Below, in pieces: positions 1 through 9,707 of a stretch of 64,000 bases of DNA. The stretch spans positions 34,184-98,183 of the forward strand of contig CAWIGF010000001.1 of assembly GCA_963835585.1 (NCBI GenBank). The letters run 5' to 3'. The stretch is from an uncultured Candidatus Woesearchaeota archaeon. Lineage in GTDB: Archaea > Nanobdellota > Nanobdellia > Woesearchaeales > UBA10107. How positions within the stretch are numbered: the stretch's first letter is position 1; the number at the start of each line of letters is the position of its first letter. The notes under the pieces were generated by a model. It worked only from the letters and a program-made list of their open reading frames with translations, had not been told where the DNA came from and did no database searches. A program made the translations under genes and the position numbers.

Positions 1-10
1 CAACAAATGA

Positions 11-850
11 ATGGAAGACATAATCAAAAAAGCGATTGAAAAAATCAAGACCAAGAAATGGAAGAACTTAGATGAAGATATAATAAAAGAAAAAGTAACA
101 GAATATCTAACGAAAAATCCAAAAATCAAAATAAATGAACTCAATGAGAAGAGCTCTGAGTTCAAAAAAATAATAAAATTCGTGAAACAGCAACTACACA
201 GACCATATGGCGCATTCCAATCGGATATCTCTAAAAGAAACAGGTTGTTTGAGAGATTAAAAGAGAACATAAATGACGAGGAAATAAAGAGAGAAATTCT
301 CTTGACTCATTCCTCGACGAGGGAACGGCTCGATTTCTATGACGAATTAAAAAAAGAATTAAGCCAATATATAGAGGGAAAAACAATTCTTGATATCGGC
401 TGTGGCCTGAATCCTCTAGAATTCGATGAAAATGAAATCATTGCAGTTGAATTCAACAAGGAAGATATTGATTTATTGAATGAATATTTCAAATTGAGAA
501 ACAAAAGAAGCAAAGCAATACTTTTGGACCTGAATAAGAAAGAAAATATGGAGAAATTGAAAAACATAAAGACAGATACTGCCTTTGCCTGGAAATTATT
601 CGATATCCTTGGCACAAAAATAACAGAGAATATCGTAAAAAGCATCAACGGATGCTATCTAATCGCAAGCTTTTCCACCAAAACATTGGGAAACAAGCGA
701 ATGAACGTCCCGCGAAGAGTCGGATTCCAGAAAATGCTCAGAAGGCTAGATCTTGGGTACAAAACGACACAAATAGGGAATGAGATATTCTACATCATTG
801 AGCTCAATAACGTCTCAAATGACCATAAAATGGCTTTAAACCCAACCTAA
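11..850 (+). CDS. ArmA/Rmt/Sgm (FmrO)-like 16S rRNA methyltransferase
   Basis: Motifs HSSTRERL, ILDIGCGLNPL, SFSTKTLG and C-terminal IGNEIFY match the recalled ArmA/RmtB family pattern. Confidence 0.75.
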   Translation: MEDIIKKAIEKIKTKKWKNLDEDIIKEKVTEYLTKNPKIKINELNEKSSEFKKIIKFVKQQLHRPYGAFQSDISKRNRLFERLKENINDEEIKREILLTHSSTRERLDFYDELKKELSQYIEGKTILDIGCGLNPLEFDENEIIAVEFNKEDIDLLNEYFKLRNKRSKAILLDLNKKENMEKLKNIKTDTAFAWKLFDILGTKITENIVKSINGCYLIASFSTKTLGNKRMNVPRRVGFQKMLRRLDLGYKTTQIGNEIFYIIELNNVSNDHKMALNPT

Positions 851-962
851 GCCAAATACATAAGCTTATAAACTAGCCCAATAGTATATACTATAGTATA
901 CAATAACGTACTTCTAGTATAGTTATGCAGTATAACTAATTGAGAACGGGTGAATAAATACC

Positions 963-1127
963 ATGGGTTTTAACGAAGGAAGACGAAACAGTTTCGGACC
1001 TCGAGAAATGCACAAGGCAACTTGCGCAGATTGCGGTAACGAATGTGAAGTCCCATTCAAACCAGCAGAAGGCAGACCAGTTTACTGTCGAGACTGCTAT
1101 CCAAAACACAAGAAACCACAATTCTAA
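963..1127 (+). CDS. CxxC-x17-CxxC zinc-binding small protein (54 aa, not in ORF track)
   Basis: Manual translation MGFNEGRRNSFGPREMHKATCADCGNECEVPFKPAEGRPVYCRDCYPKHKKPQF; GGTGA SD-like motif upstream. Confidence 0.9.
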   Translation: MGFNEGRRNSFGPREMHKATCADCGNECEVPFKPAEGRPVYCRDCYPKHKKPQF

Positions 1128-1317
1128 GATAATATCAAGGAATTACTGATTTTTTGTCTATTTTTTATTTTTACTTTATTTCTAAATTGTTATTGCATAA
1201 AAAAGGGATAAGCACTTGTTTATCTTTGCAATGACCAATTTAAATTATTTATTTCTTAGCGCAGCCTGTGCATAGGAAAGCACAAACTTTTTAATGCCTG
1301 ATTCACGCGTAATCACA

Positions 1318-1959
1318 ATGATACCTTCATTCATCACTTGGTTTGTGAATTACTTTCTTCACCTGGACCAGCATCTTAGTGTACTGATAAGCACTTATGG
1401 AGCATGGGTCTATGCCATTCTTTTTGCTATCATATTCTGCGAGACGGGGCTTGTTGTGACGCCGTTCCTTCCAGGAGATTCATTGATTTTTGCCATCGGG
1501 ACGTTCGCGGCTATCGGTTCCTTGAAAACTTCGTTTATATTTTTCCTGCTTTTCATAGCCGCAATTGCAGGAGACAACGTCAATTACTGGATTGGAAGAT
1601 TTGTTGGCCCAAAGGTATTCAGGAGCAAGAAATCAAGAGTATTCAACATAGAATACCTCCACAAAACGCATAAGTTCTATGAAAAATACGGCACAAAGGC
1701 AGTAATCATAGCAAGATTCATGCCCATCATACGAACATTCTCGCCTTTTGTTGCAGGAATAGGAAAGATGGAATACGGCAAGTTCTTCGGGTTTGACTTT
1801 ATTGGAGGTTTGGCGTGGGTCAGCCTATTCTTGTTCGGTGGTTATTTCTTCGGCAACATTCCTATCGTCAAAAACAATTTCGAGTGGGTCATTGTTGGAA
1901 TAATTATCCTGTCATTGCTTCCTGCGATAATTACATACATAAGAAACAAGAGGAAATAA
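1318..1959 (+). CDS. dedA: DedA family membrane protein
   Basis: ETGLVVTPFLPGDSL, GDNVNYWIGR and ARFMPIIRTF motifs; start codon uncertain. Confidence 0.92.
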   Translation: MIPSFITWFVNYFLHLDQHLSVLISTYGAWVYAILFAIIFCETGLVVTPFLPGDSLIFAIGTFAAIGSLKTSFIFFLLFIAAIAGDNVNYWIGRFVGPKVFRSKKSRVFNIEYLHKTHKFYEKYGTKAVIIARFMPIIRTFSPFVAGIGKMEYGKFFGFDFIGGLAWVSLFLFGGYFFGNIPIVKNNFEWVIVGIIILSLLPAIITYIRNKRK

Positions 1960-1962
1960 TCA

Positions 1963-2232
1963 TTATGCATCAGCGCCAGATCTTCTATTTATGACGGTAA
2001 TTTTTGAGTAAGGCGTTTGGTGTTTCTTATATTCATTTTCATCGGGATTTTTATTATGTGTTTGTAAAAGTGAATTTTCTATCTTAGACATTTCATACGA
2101 TTCAGATAAGGATACCATCGAAAACATATCAATTAAGCCAGTAGCCTTGATTTCAGAAATGACTTTGTTCAGGATTTCTTCGATATGGACGTCAAGAAAA
2201 CACTGCGTTGTTGAGTTATTTGCATCAATCAT
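1963..2232 (-). CDS. hypothetical protein
   Basis: 89-aa ORF overlapping the stop of the upstream gene by 1 nt. Confidence 0.5.
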   Translation of the reverse strand: MIDANNSTTQCFLDVHIEEILNKVISEIKATGLIDMFSMVSLSESYEMSKIENSLLQTHNKNPDENEYKKHQTPYSKITVINRRSGADA

Positions 2233-3299
2233 TATTTCTTTTTCTTATGTGCCGAATGTTTTTTCCCTGCCTTGTGCTCATCCTTTTCTTCCTTGTGCAA
2301 GAAAGTTATTTTCTGATGCAGCTTGGCAATATTTTCCCTGTTGATGCTGTTCTTGATCAGGGTATATGCGGTAAATATAGAAATCAGGGCAGCCGCTATC
2401 GAAGCTACAAACAAAAGATTGTTCTTTATCGCACTACCAAGAGATGTCTGGGGTTTTTGGGAACTCATCAAAGAATCACTTATATCACTAAGTCTTGTTT
2501 GTATGACTGCCATCGTCGCGACAGCTGATTGATAATCACCGTTGATCAACGATGTCTGTGCATTTGCCAAATAAGTCGACACTTCCTGAAGGTCGTTCGC
2601 CACAAAATCGCTGACAGTATATCCATTGTTCTTCTTATCATCATATTGCTGTGTAAGAGAATTATATTGTGTGTTTAACTGCGTAAGATTGAGATTCAGC
2701 TGGGTTGCGTTGTATGTCTGAACCTGTTGCTGTGCTTGTGCGGCTACTGATACCTGGCTCACAAATCTATTCAATAAAACACCATTGGATGAAACCTTGA
2801 TAACAAGATCAATCTGACCTGATTTGGTTATGTTTGTGTTCACGAACACATAATCTTTGTCTCCTGCGACAAGTTGCTGGATTGGTATCGCGCTTATTGT
2901 TTCGACACCATCCCCTGATATGTCCGCGCTGATGTTGCTCAAATCGACAGTTCCTGTATTCCTGAACAACACATTGATTTCGCTAACGCCTTGCGTAGTA
3001 TCGGCTGGCGCCATTTTGTCAAGAGTTAATCCTATTGTGCATACAAATCCCGGATCATGACAATTCATGTCTTGGCAAACAACACAGCCTTTATCGCATT
3101 CATTTGCATTGCATGTAATTTGAGGAACCTGACTCTGTTGTGAAGATGATTCATTAGAAACAGAACTTTGATTGCTGACAACAGTCTCGTTTATATGTGT
3201 GACGTTCGTATTTGCCTGCGTTGCATTTGTATCATTATCCGCATGAACCAACGAGAACAATGCCAGCAGAACGACAAAAAACACAAGTGAGCGCTTCAT
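2232..3299 (-). CDS. secreted, membrane-anchored protein (Cys-rich segment, CARDB/Ig-like region, coiled coil, C-terminal TM)
   Basis: Signal peptide, CNANECDKGCVVC segment, NTGTVDL motif, C-terminal hydrophobic helix and basic tail. Confidence 0.7.
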   Translation of the reverse strand: MKRSLVFFVVLLALFSLVHADNDTNATQANTNVTHINETVVSNQSSVSNESSSQQSQVPQITCNANECDKGCVVCQDMNCHDPGFVCTIGLTLDKMAPADTTQGVSEINVLFRNTGTVDLSNISADISGDGVETISAIPIQQLVAGDKDYVFVNTNITKSGQIDLVIKVSSNGVLLNRFVSQVSVAAQAQQQVQTYNATQLNLNLTQLNTQYNSLTQQYDDKKNNGYTVSDFVANDLQEVSTYLANAQTSLINGDYQSAVATMAVIQTRLSDISDSLMSSQKPQTSLGSAIKNNLLFVASIAAALISIFTAYTLIKNSINRENIAKLHQKITFLHKEEKDEHKAGKKHSAHKKKK

Positions 3300-3344
3300 A
3301 TAATTTTGTAAAAGTGTTCAATTTAAAAACCTTACTAATAAGAT

Positions 3345-4100
3345 TTAATAACCGAACCAGAAGAATTGCCTGTACCCGAAGAACTTGTTGGTGTACACCA
3401 TCTCTGTCACGTTTTCGTTGTATGAAACGACTCTTGATTTATTCACGTAAATGTAATCAGTCACGTTCTTGAGTTCTTGTATCTGGTGAGGAACCTGCTG
3501 TATTGCATATGTAATTGGTTCCAAATAGAAGCATTTCTCCCTGTGTGGAGGAGTAGACGTTTGCAACGAGCAAGAGATCGTGTCTGAAGGAGCAAGTGAA
3601 AGTGACCAGTTGAATATTGTACTTGAATACGCATCAATAGTCTTTTCTTCGTCAGATCCATCCTCAACATTTCCGTTTCGTGTGTACTGAAGGTGGAAAA
3701 TGAAATCTCCTGCAATATCCTCTTGATTTGTCACATTGAACGTGCATATTCCCATGCTCTGCCCGTTCTGGACATTTTGTGTATAGGCCGTTGTGAATGT
3801 GTAGTTGTAATTCATCTGCTCGCATCGAGTAGGTCCGTATGGCGTCTTTTCAGTCGTGTATGTTGTCTCAGTCACTTCTTTCTCGACGACGATTGGTTCC
3901 TGCGTCAAATATGTCTGCGTTTGTTGCTTTGTAACTTCGACAACCTGTGAACTCGCATACGCAGAAGTTAAAACATAAAGTATCACAATAACGACAATCC
4001 ATAAAATGATTCGTTTGAGCGGAGAATTACGCGAAGGAATTTTCCTGTTGTCTGACTTGAATTCAGGTTTTTTTGCGTTTGATTTTTTTGATTGCGCCAT
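3345..4100 (-). CDS. membrane-anchored hypothetical protein
   Basis: 251-aa ORF with a single N-terminal TM helix. Confidence 0.7.
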   Translation of the reverse strand: MAQSKKSNAKKPEFKSDNRKIPSRNSPLKRIILWIVVIVILYVLTSAYASSQVVEVTKQQTQTYLTQEPIVVEKEVTETTYTTEKTPYGPTRCEQMNYNYTFTTAYTQNVQNGQSMGICTFNVTNQEDIAGDFIFHLQYTRNGNVEDGSDEEKTIDAYSSTIFNWSLSLAPSDTISCSLQTSTPPHREKCFYLEPITYAIQQVPHQIQELKNVTDYIYVNKSRVVSYNENVTEMVYTNKFFGYRQFFWFGY

Positions 4101-4158
4101 GTGAAATACCTATATGACTGAGTAAATGTCAATATTTAAGCTTTTTGTAACACCTTGT

Positions 4159-4707
4159 TTATATATCCACAAATACTCTGTGCTTCTCAGTGCCTTCCAG
4201 CTCAAGGAGAATTCGCTTGATTACAATTTTCTCCGGATCGGGCATCAACTTTATTCTAGCCTTCAAATCCGCAAATGACTCGAACGGCTTTCCTCTTCGT
4301 TCTTCGATTATCTCCCACATGTGTTTTTTTCCGAGACCAGGAAGCAATTCAAGCTGGTGCATCCTTGTTGTCAAAGGTTGTGCCTGGTTGAAGAATGCAA
4401 CAAATCTTGGCTCGTTCTTCTGAACGATATCTTTGATCACGAACTCAAGTTCGGAACGTGCCGTCCCTGTCAACTTGTCCAGATTTATCTTTCCTATTAT
4501 GTGATGTATCTTGTCCCGTTTTCCTTCGCCGATGTAAATTTCCTCTAATGGCTGTAAGAAAATATCTTTTTTTGGAACTAATTCAAGAAGCGTAAAATTT
4601 TCCAAGCCCATGGCTTGCACTATTGGAGTCTTCTTGTGACTCGGGCGCATATCGTTCGGATATCCGTTTTTCAAAAAATCCAATACTATTGCTTTTTCTT
4701 CCTTCAT
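4159..4707 (-). CDS. DUF655 family protein
   Basis: LELLPGLGKK HhH motif; conserved position downstream of rpl21e-rpoF. Confidence 0.9.
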   Translation of the reverse strand: MKEEKAIVLDFLKNGYPNDMRPSHKKTPIVQAMGLENFTLLELVPKKDIFLQPLEEIYIGEGKRDKIHHIIGKINLDKLTGTARSELEFVIKDIVQKNEPRFVAFFNQAQPLTTRMHQLELLPGLGKKHMWEIIEERRGKPFESFADLKARIKLMPDPEKIVIKRILLELEGTEKHRVFVDI

Positions 4708-4724
4708 GATCGGACATTCTCTCC

Positions 4725-5075
4725 TTACTTTTTGAATTCTTTAATGACATCTGCAATCTTAGTTATGTTTTCGTTCGTTATCGTTACTGAATATGCGCTT
4801 AACACCAATTTTACATCTTCAGGATCAGCAGGAAGCACATCAAGCAACTTAGATATGTGCTCTGGCTTTAGTCTGGAAATGGCAAGCGCCTCTATTTTTT
4901 TCTTGAGCTCGTCTGCTTGCTTATGGCTGAGCTTCGCAAACTTTTGCAAGTACTCTTCTGTCTTGACTGCACGGAATCCCAATTCACCGTCACGTGCCTT
5001 GATATCCGCTAATGATTTCTGCAAATCATATATGCTGATTGGTTCCTCGTTTGTTATCTTGACGTTCATGATCAT
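4725..5075 (-). CDS. rpoF: RNA polymerase subunit Rpo4 (RpoF)
   Basis: Size, KLLDVLP motif and position between rpl21e and DUF655. Confidence 0.85.
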   Translation of the reverse strand: MIMNVKITNEEPISIYDLQKSLADIKARDGELGFRAVKTEEYLQKFAKLSHKQADELKKKIEALAISRLKPEHISKLLDVLPADPEDVKLVLSAYSVTITNENITKIADVIKEFKK

Positions 5076-5368
5076 GCACCTTGGTATTTTCTCAAATGGA
5101 CTGGATGTACAATGAGGCTCTTCTTTTTTCCCATGTCCTGGATCTCAACGACATAGCATCGACCCTGCATGCCAGTGACCTTTGCTGGTTTTGCATGGAA
5201 TCGCCTGAAATACATGCCGCCGTGAATTGCCGGTTCTGCCTTAAGCAGGACCTTGTCCCCCTTGGCAAACTTCTGAAAGTATCTTGTGAGACTGAACTTG
5301 CCCCTATTTCGCGGAGCCTTGCCTAATATGTCCCGTGTTTTTTTCCTGCTTCCACCCATTCGTTTCAT
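5072..5368 (-). CDS. rpl21e: 50S ribosomal protein L21e
   Basis: GDKV...RFHAK...KKKSLIVHPVHL signature. Confidence 0.95.
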   Translation of the reverse strand: MKRMGGSRKKTRDILGKAPRNRGKFSLTRYFQKFAKGDKVLLKAEPAIHGGMYFRRFHAKPAKVTGMQGRCYVVEIQDMGKKKSLIVHPVHLRKYQGA

Positions 5369-5692
5369 GATTTCTCTCCCTGTAATATCTAGCGACTTAA
5401 ACTACCCCTCTTTAAAAAGGATACGTACCTGTATTTATAAAAATAACGATTACATCGCTTTAAATAGTTTTCTATGGTGTTTTTAGACATAATACTAAAT
5501 AAAAAAACATCCGAAAAGACGCGAATTCCTGTTTGAATTCAGGAGCGATGATTCAAGAAACACACCTTGTTTGAATCAAAACAAATGGTGCGAAAAGTTT
5601 CGACTGAAAGAGTACGAAACGAAGACTCAAAATTCGTTTAGAAACATTTATATATTAAGAGAGGCACATTTTTTTAAAGACAAGGAGGAAGT

Positions 5693-6112
5693 TTGGGCAT
5701 GAGCATATTCCATAAAATTAAAAACAAATTGACTGGCGATTCTGATTTTGAAATTCCTGAGGAAGTTGACAAGGATTTCCTTCATGTCGATTCTGAACAA
5801 CCAAATAGCAAGGCAAAAGTGGTTTTGCGACCTTATATTCTTGAAGATTTTGACGATGTAAAACCAATCCTTGACTCATTGAGAGAGGGTTACACTATTC
5901 CTTTGATAAATATAAGACCTCTAAAGGACAAAGATCTTGTCGAATTGAAGCGAGCAATAAACAAATTGAAGAAAACATGCGATGCAATCGAGGGAGATAT
6001 CGCAGGATTCGGAGAAGACTGGATCGCAGTTGTTCCCGCATTCGCTCAAATCTACAGAGAGAAGAAGGAATTGCCTGTCGCCGAGAAAGCTGAGCGATAC
6101 GACAGATACTAA
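5693..6112 (+). CDS. sepF: cell division protein SepF
   Basis: LREGYTIPLINIRPL...GDIAGFGEDWIAVVP archaeal SepF pattern; GGAGG SD. Confidence 0.88.
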   Translation: MGMSIFHKIKNKLTGDSDFEIPEEVDKDFLHVDSEQPNSKAKVVLRPYILEDFDDVKPILDSLREGYTIPLINIRPLKDKDLVELKRAINKLKKTCDAIEGDIAGFGEDWIAVVPAFAQIYREKKELPVAEKAERYDRY

Positions 6113-6199
6113 TTTTTCTGAAAAATTTTATTTGACAGAAATTGTCATGATAATTTCCTAATCACAACTTTTATAAATTTAATTCTTGGTATTTCGCTT

Positions 6200-6751
6200 A
6201 TGGCAGACGAAGAACCTGAAGTATTGTCCGGACAACCGTGTCCTTTCTGTCACCAGAGCACGCTTACATTAACTGAACAAAAAAAAGAAATCCCTTACTT
6301 CGGAGAAGTCTATGTATTTTCCATGAGCTGTGAGAACTGCAAATACCACAAAGCGGACTTGGAATCTGTTCAGAATCATGAACCGACGCGATTCACTCTT
6401 GAAGTCTCGAGCGAGGAAGACATGAACATACGGATCGTAAAAGCATCAAGCGCGACTGTAAAAATTCCTCACGTCGTCACAATAGAGCCGGGAGAAGCTG
6501 CCAACGGATACATAACAAATGTGGAAGGGCTGTTGAAGCGAGTGAAGTATCAGATTGAAACCGCTCGGGATGCTGCAGAAGAAGATGAGGAGATCACTAA
6601 AGCAAAGAATCTTCTTAAAAAATTAGGCAGAGTAATGTGGGGACAGGAGAAAATAAAGATAATACTTGAGGATCCTGCTGGAAACTCGGCAATCATTTCT
6701 GAGAAAGCTGTCAAGGAACCTTTGAAAGGAAAGAAAAAAGAAGAATCATAA
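6200..6751 (+). CDS. ZPR1-type zinc finger protein
   Basis: CPFC...IPYFGEV...CENC; ITNVEGLL; EDPAGNSAI. Confidence 0.93.
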   Translation: MADEEPEVLSGQPCPFCHQSTLTLTEQKKEIPYFGEVYVFSMSCENCKYHKADLESVQNHEPTRFTLEVSSEEDMNIRIVKASSATVKIPHVVTIEPGEAANGYITNVEGLLKRVKYQIETARDAAEEDEEITKAKNLLKKLGRVMWGQEKIKIILEDPAGNSAIISEKAVKEPLKGKKKEES

Positions 6752-6763
6752 TCTCTAATTAAA

Positions 6764-6847
6764 GCGGGATTGCCGGAGTGGTCTAACGGGCGCGATTCAG
6801 GGTCGCGTGGCTTAGTGCCTTCGCGGGTTCGAATCCTGTGTCCCGCA
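6764..6847 (+). tRNA. tRNA-Leu(CAG)
   Basis: Acceptor GCGGGAT/GTCCCGC, anticodon arm CGCGA-TTCAGGG-TCGCG, long variable arm, GTTCGAATC. Confidence 0.93.
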
Positions 6848-6887
6848 TCAATACCTTTAATAATTAGAACATAGAAAAATGATTTAC

Positions 6888-6971
6888 GCGGGATTGACAG
6901 AGTGGTCAAATGTGCTTGGCTAAGGACCAAGTGGCTTAGTGCCTGCGCAGGTTCGAACCCTGCATCCCGCA
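6888..6971 (+). tRNA. tRNA-Leu(AAG), A34 anticodon
   Basis: Acceptor GCGGGAT/ATCCCGC, anticodon arm CTTGG-CTAAGGA-CCAAG, Leu-type variable arm, GTTCGAACC. Confidence 0.9.
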
Positions 6972-6976
6972 TCGCA

Positions 6977-7042
6977 CTATAAGTTACATGCGGCAGAAAA
7001 TAGCACTGGTTTGGAGTTATGGGTCAGTGCATGCATCCCGCA
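6977..7042. repeat. type A short element (CTATAAG...GTTATGG) followed by a copy of the tRNA-Leu 3' end
   Basis: Similar to 10119-10184 (shared TAGCACTGGTTTGGA core); TGCATCCCGCA at 7032-7042. Confidence 0.8.
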
Positions 7043-7094
7043 CGATTTATAAATCTTGGTTTTACTTTTTTCTAAATGCCAAAATCACAAAATA

Positions 7095-7116
7095 TATAAA
7101 TACCAATATATTGGTA
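7095..7116. promoter_or_regulatory. palindromic operator next to the TATA box of the MNT-HEPN operon
   Basis: TACCAATATATTGGTA perfect palindrome adjacent to TATATAAA. Confidence 0.55.
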
Positions 7117-7132
7117 TAAACATACCAAATAA

Positions 7133-7732
7133 ATGGTTAGCATGATAACAGACAAGAAATTGCGAATATTAAGCACATTCGGTCTCCAAGAAGTCCTGAC
7201 GTTCAAGGACATCAAGAAGCGGGCAAAGCAGAAGTCTAACAACGCCATACAGCTTGCTTTGAAAAACTTCATGAAACAAGGCATCATAGCGAAGCGCCAT
7301 GCAGGCAACGTATTGCTATATTCTCTTAATGCTGGCAATAGCACGGCACAGGCATACCTTGAAGTATTGAACAATGAGAAGATTTCATCATTACCTAAAG
7401 AAGCATTCATAATACAAGACAGGCTCTTGAAGAAGACAGCATTATTTATTCTGCTGGTCTTTGGAAGCTATGCGAAAAAAACAAACACCAAAACATCTGA
7501 CATTGATGTTGCGGTCATAACCGAGCAAAAGAAAGATATCGCTCCAATCTTGGAGACAATCAAACGACAAGAACTGCGACACATCGATTATCATATATTT
7601 ACGCAGGATGAATTCATAAGCATGCTTCATGAAGACCAGGAGAATCTTGGAAAGCAAATCTATAAAAACTGCCTAATCGTCTATGGGTACATCCCTTACA
7701 TCAATCTGGTGAGCAATGAAAGACATCGCTAA
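7133..7732 (+). CDS. HTH + minimal nucleotidyltransferase (MNT antitoxin)
   Basis: GSYAKKTNTKTSDIDV = GSx10DxD; N-terminal HTH-like region; overlaps the HEPN gene. Confidence 0.88.
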   Translation: MVSMITDKKLRILSTFGLQEVLTFKDIKKRAKQKSNNAIQLALKNFMKQGIIAKRHAGNVLLYSLNAGNSTAQAYLEVLNNEKISSLPKEAFIIQDRLLKKTALFILLVFGSYAKKTNTKTSDIDVAVITEQKKDIAPILETIKRQELRHIDYHIFTQDEFISMLHEDQENLGKQIYKNCLIVYGYIPYINLVSNERHR

Positions 7733-8195
7733 ACTATATTTGCAACGTGCAGAGAATGAACTGGCCGCGGCAGAGATATTGTATACCATTTCCAGTGATG
7801 CAAAGATTCAGAAAGAGCAGTTCAAGCTTGAAGAAAATTTTACATTTTATAGTGCGGTCATAAGTCATGCATACTACTCCATTTTCTATGCTGCAAAAGC
7901 AATCCTTGCAGAGAACAACATAAATACAACTGCTCCTGAAGTCCATAAGAAGACGCTTGATGCATTTGAAATACATCTTGTTAAAACGGGAAAACTTGAC
8001 GTTGACTTGCTGAAAATCTACAAGGAGTTAGTTGTCAGGGCCGATGATCTCTTAGGAATCTTTTCTTTGGAAAAAAAGAAAAGAGGAGAATTCACATATC
8101 AGAAATTGCCGCAGGCGAACAAGGAACCGGCAAAAGAATCGTTCGACAATGCATCGTCGTTCTTCAAGAACATCAGGAAAGTCCTTATTGGCTGA
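7716..8195 (+). CDS. HEPN domain protein (putative toxin)
   Basis: YLQRAENEL...AYYSIFYAAKAIL...H; Rx4Y variant RGEFTY. Confidence 0.88.
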   Translation: MKDIAKLYLQRAENELAAAEILYTISSDAKIQKEQFKLEENFTFYSAVISHAYYSIFYAAKAILAENNINTTAPEVHKKTLDAFEIHLVKTGKLDVDLLKIYKELVVRADDLLGIFSLEKKKRGEFTYQKLPQANKEPAKESFDNASSFFKNIRKVLIG

Positions 8196-8210
8196 TTTTT
8201 AATTAATCTA

Positions 8211-8402
8211 ATGGAGCAGACTAATGCATGCTACTTAATGGATAATGTTTCCTGTGAGTTCATACCAAGAAGATTCAGAAGGCGCTCTCATATTGTTACG
8301 TTTAAACTCAACGAAAAAGAATTCTTGCTATTAGAAAAACTGGCTCCACACGGCGAAAAATCATCTTATATCAGGGAGAGGGTTTTTCAAACAATTTCTT
8401 AG
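8211..8402 (+). CDS. small ribbon-helix-helix-like protein
   Basis: IVTFKLNEKE...KSSYIRERV pattern. Confidence 0.5.
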   Translation: MEQTNACYLMDNVSCEFIPRRFRRRSHIVTFKLNEKEFLLLEKLAPHGEKSSYIRERVFQTIS

Positions 8403-8423
8403 GGTAGGGCAATATAAAAAAAA

Positions 8424-9197
8424 TTAGGAAGTTTTCTCGACTGTGTGGATATTGATATTTGCACCTGCTGTTGGAGAATATGATGCAGGGATAGTTATAT
8501 TCGTTCCCCATTGTGCATATGAGATAAGCCCAGAATTATCAAAGCAGAATGTCTGTGTCATGTTGGAATACATGCCTTCATAACACGTTCCAAATCGTGT
8601 ATCATTGTGTGTTTCAAGTGTTTCGAGTTGAATGGAATTCAGGAATGATGACGTTTCATTCTTTACAGATGTATCAATGTTGGGAGGCATTTCTTGAACA
8701 CATGAGGGCGGAGCTTCTGTTGAATTGAATGAGCATCCGCAATCATAACCAAATGTTTTATCAGTACAATCGGGGCTTTGTGGATCCCGAACTACGGAAG
8801 GCAGGCATACAGATGATGTCATCAAATCATATGTGCAAAGTCCATTATTTTTCTCATATATTATGTTCTGTTCTCTGCTCTCATCAGGAAACCCGTTGAA
8901 ATAAGAATACCGTTCTTCGAAAGCGGAGATTTGGTCGTTAGTAACTTCTATTGAAATTATTGATTCATCGTCGATATTTGTAGAACCAGATCCGAATGGT
9001 TCCCATTCACGGATGTATTCCCTCATTTCATAGTTGCTCACATAATTAGATGGCGATATACTGAGTGCAAGTTGTAAATTAGAAAGCATTGTCGAGTCTA
9101 TGGAACGTGTACTTACGTTCTGGCTTGCAATAGGGATTATATTTGTTTGGGTGCAAGCCATCAAGAACAACACAGCAATGAGAAATAATCGTTTCAT
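8424..9197 (-). CDS. Cys-rich putative lipoprotein
   Basis: Lipobox-like LMAC after the signal peptide; multiple Cys. Confidence 0.7.
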   Translation of the reverse strand: MKRLFLIAVLFLMACTQTNIIPIASQNVSTRSIDSTMLSNLQLALSISPSNYVSNYEMREYIREWEPFGSGSTNIDDESIISIEVTNDQISAFEERYSYFNGFPDESREQNIIYEKNNGLCTYDLMTSSVCLPSVVRDPQSPDCTDKTFGYDCGCSFNSTEAPPSCVQEMPPNIDTSVKNETSSFLNSIQLETLETHNDTRFGTCYEGMYSNMTQTFCFDNSGLISYAQWGTNITIPASYSPTAGANINIHTVEKTS

Positions 9198-9265
9198 ACA
9201 ATGCCATCACTGAACACATTATATAAAAGTAACGGCAGTTTGTAACTGCTAAATCTGAGCAAAAA

Positions 9266-9344
9266 CCACAAGATATAAAAACTCCAGCACAGTCCATATC
9301 ATTGAAATAAACCATTTATAGCCTTTGGTGGTTTATACTTATGA
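9266..9344. repeat. type B 79-bp inverted-repeat (MITE-like) element, copy 1
   Basis: CCACAAGATATAAA...TTTATACTTATGA; nearly identical to 10015-10093. Confidence 0.9.
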
Positions 9345-9393
9345 GCCAATTCTATTCTCTAAAAATAGAAAAAATCATCAAGATATCAGCGAA

Positions 9394-9705
9394 TTATTTC
9401 ACTTCAAGAACAATATGTTTCACATCAGGAACAGAAAGAAATATTTCTTCTCCTTTCTTCAAATCAAGGCTATTAACCACATTGCTGTTGAAATAAATTC
9501 CAAGTCGTTTTCCAGATAATTTGACGATTTTTTGTTTTATTTTAAGCGGACCTTCGCGCAGTTCTGAAAGAACTTTCTGGGATGAAGATGGTTCAAATTC
9601 GAAATAATTGCAGTTAGAACATTGATAGCTAATTGCTTTCTGTGAAGCTCCGTGTACAGCGACTTCTACTTTTCTCAATTTATTTCCGCAGTTTGGGCAT
9701 TTCAT
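9394..9705 (-). CDS. Zn-ribbon + AbrB-like protein (putative antitoxin)
   Basis: CPNC...CSNC; C-terminal KLSGKRLGIYF...LDLKKGEEI. Confidence 0.75.
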   Translation of the reverse strand: MKCPNCGNKLRKVEVAVHGASQKAISYQCSNCNYFEFEPSSSQKVLSELREGPLKIKQKIVKLSGKRLGIYFNSNVVNSLDLKKGEEIFLSVPDVKHIVLEVK

Positions 9706-9707
9706 AT

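Noticed and set aside
880..940. TAGTATA-rich palindromic patch as a replication origin
   Set aside because: No ORB motifs or adjacent cdc6/orc1; more likely operators of the downstream zinc-finger gene
5500..5640. Hairpins and C/D-box-like words (GCGATGA, CTGA) upstream of sepF
   Set aside because: No clear C'/D' boxes or guide complementarity could be established by eye
6550..6972. 140-aa minus-strand ORF, and likewise 34881-35117
   Set aside because: Shadow ORFs that translate the antisense strand of tRNA genes
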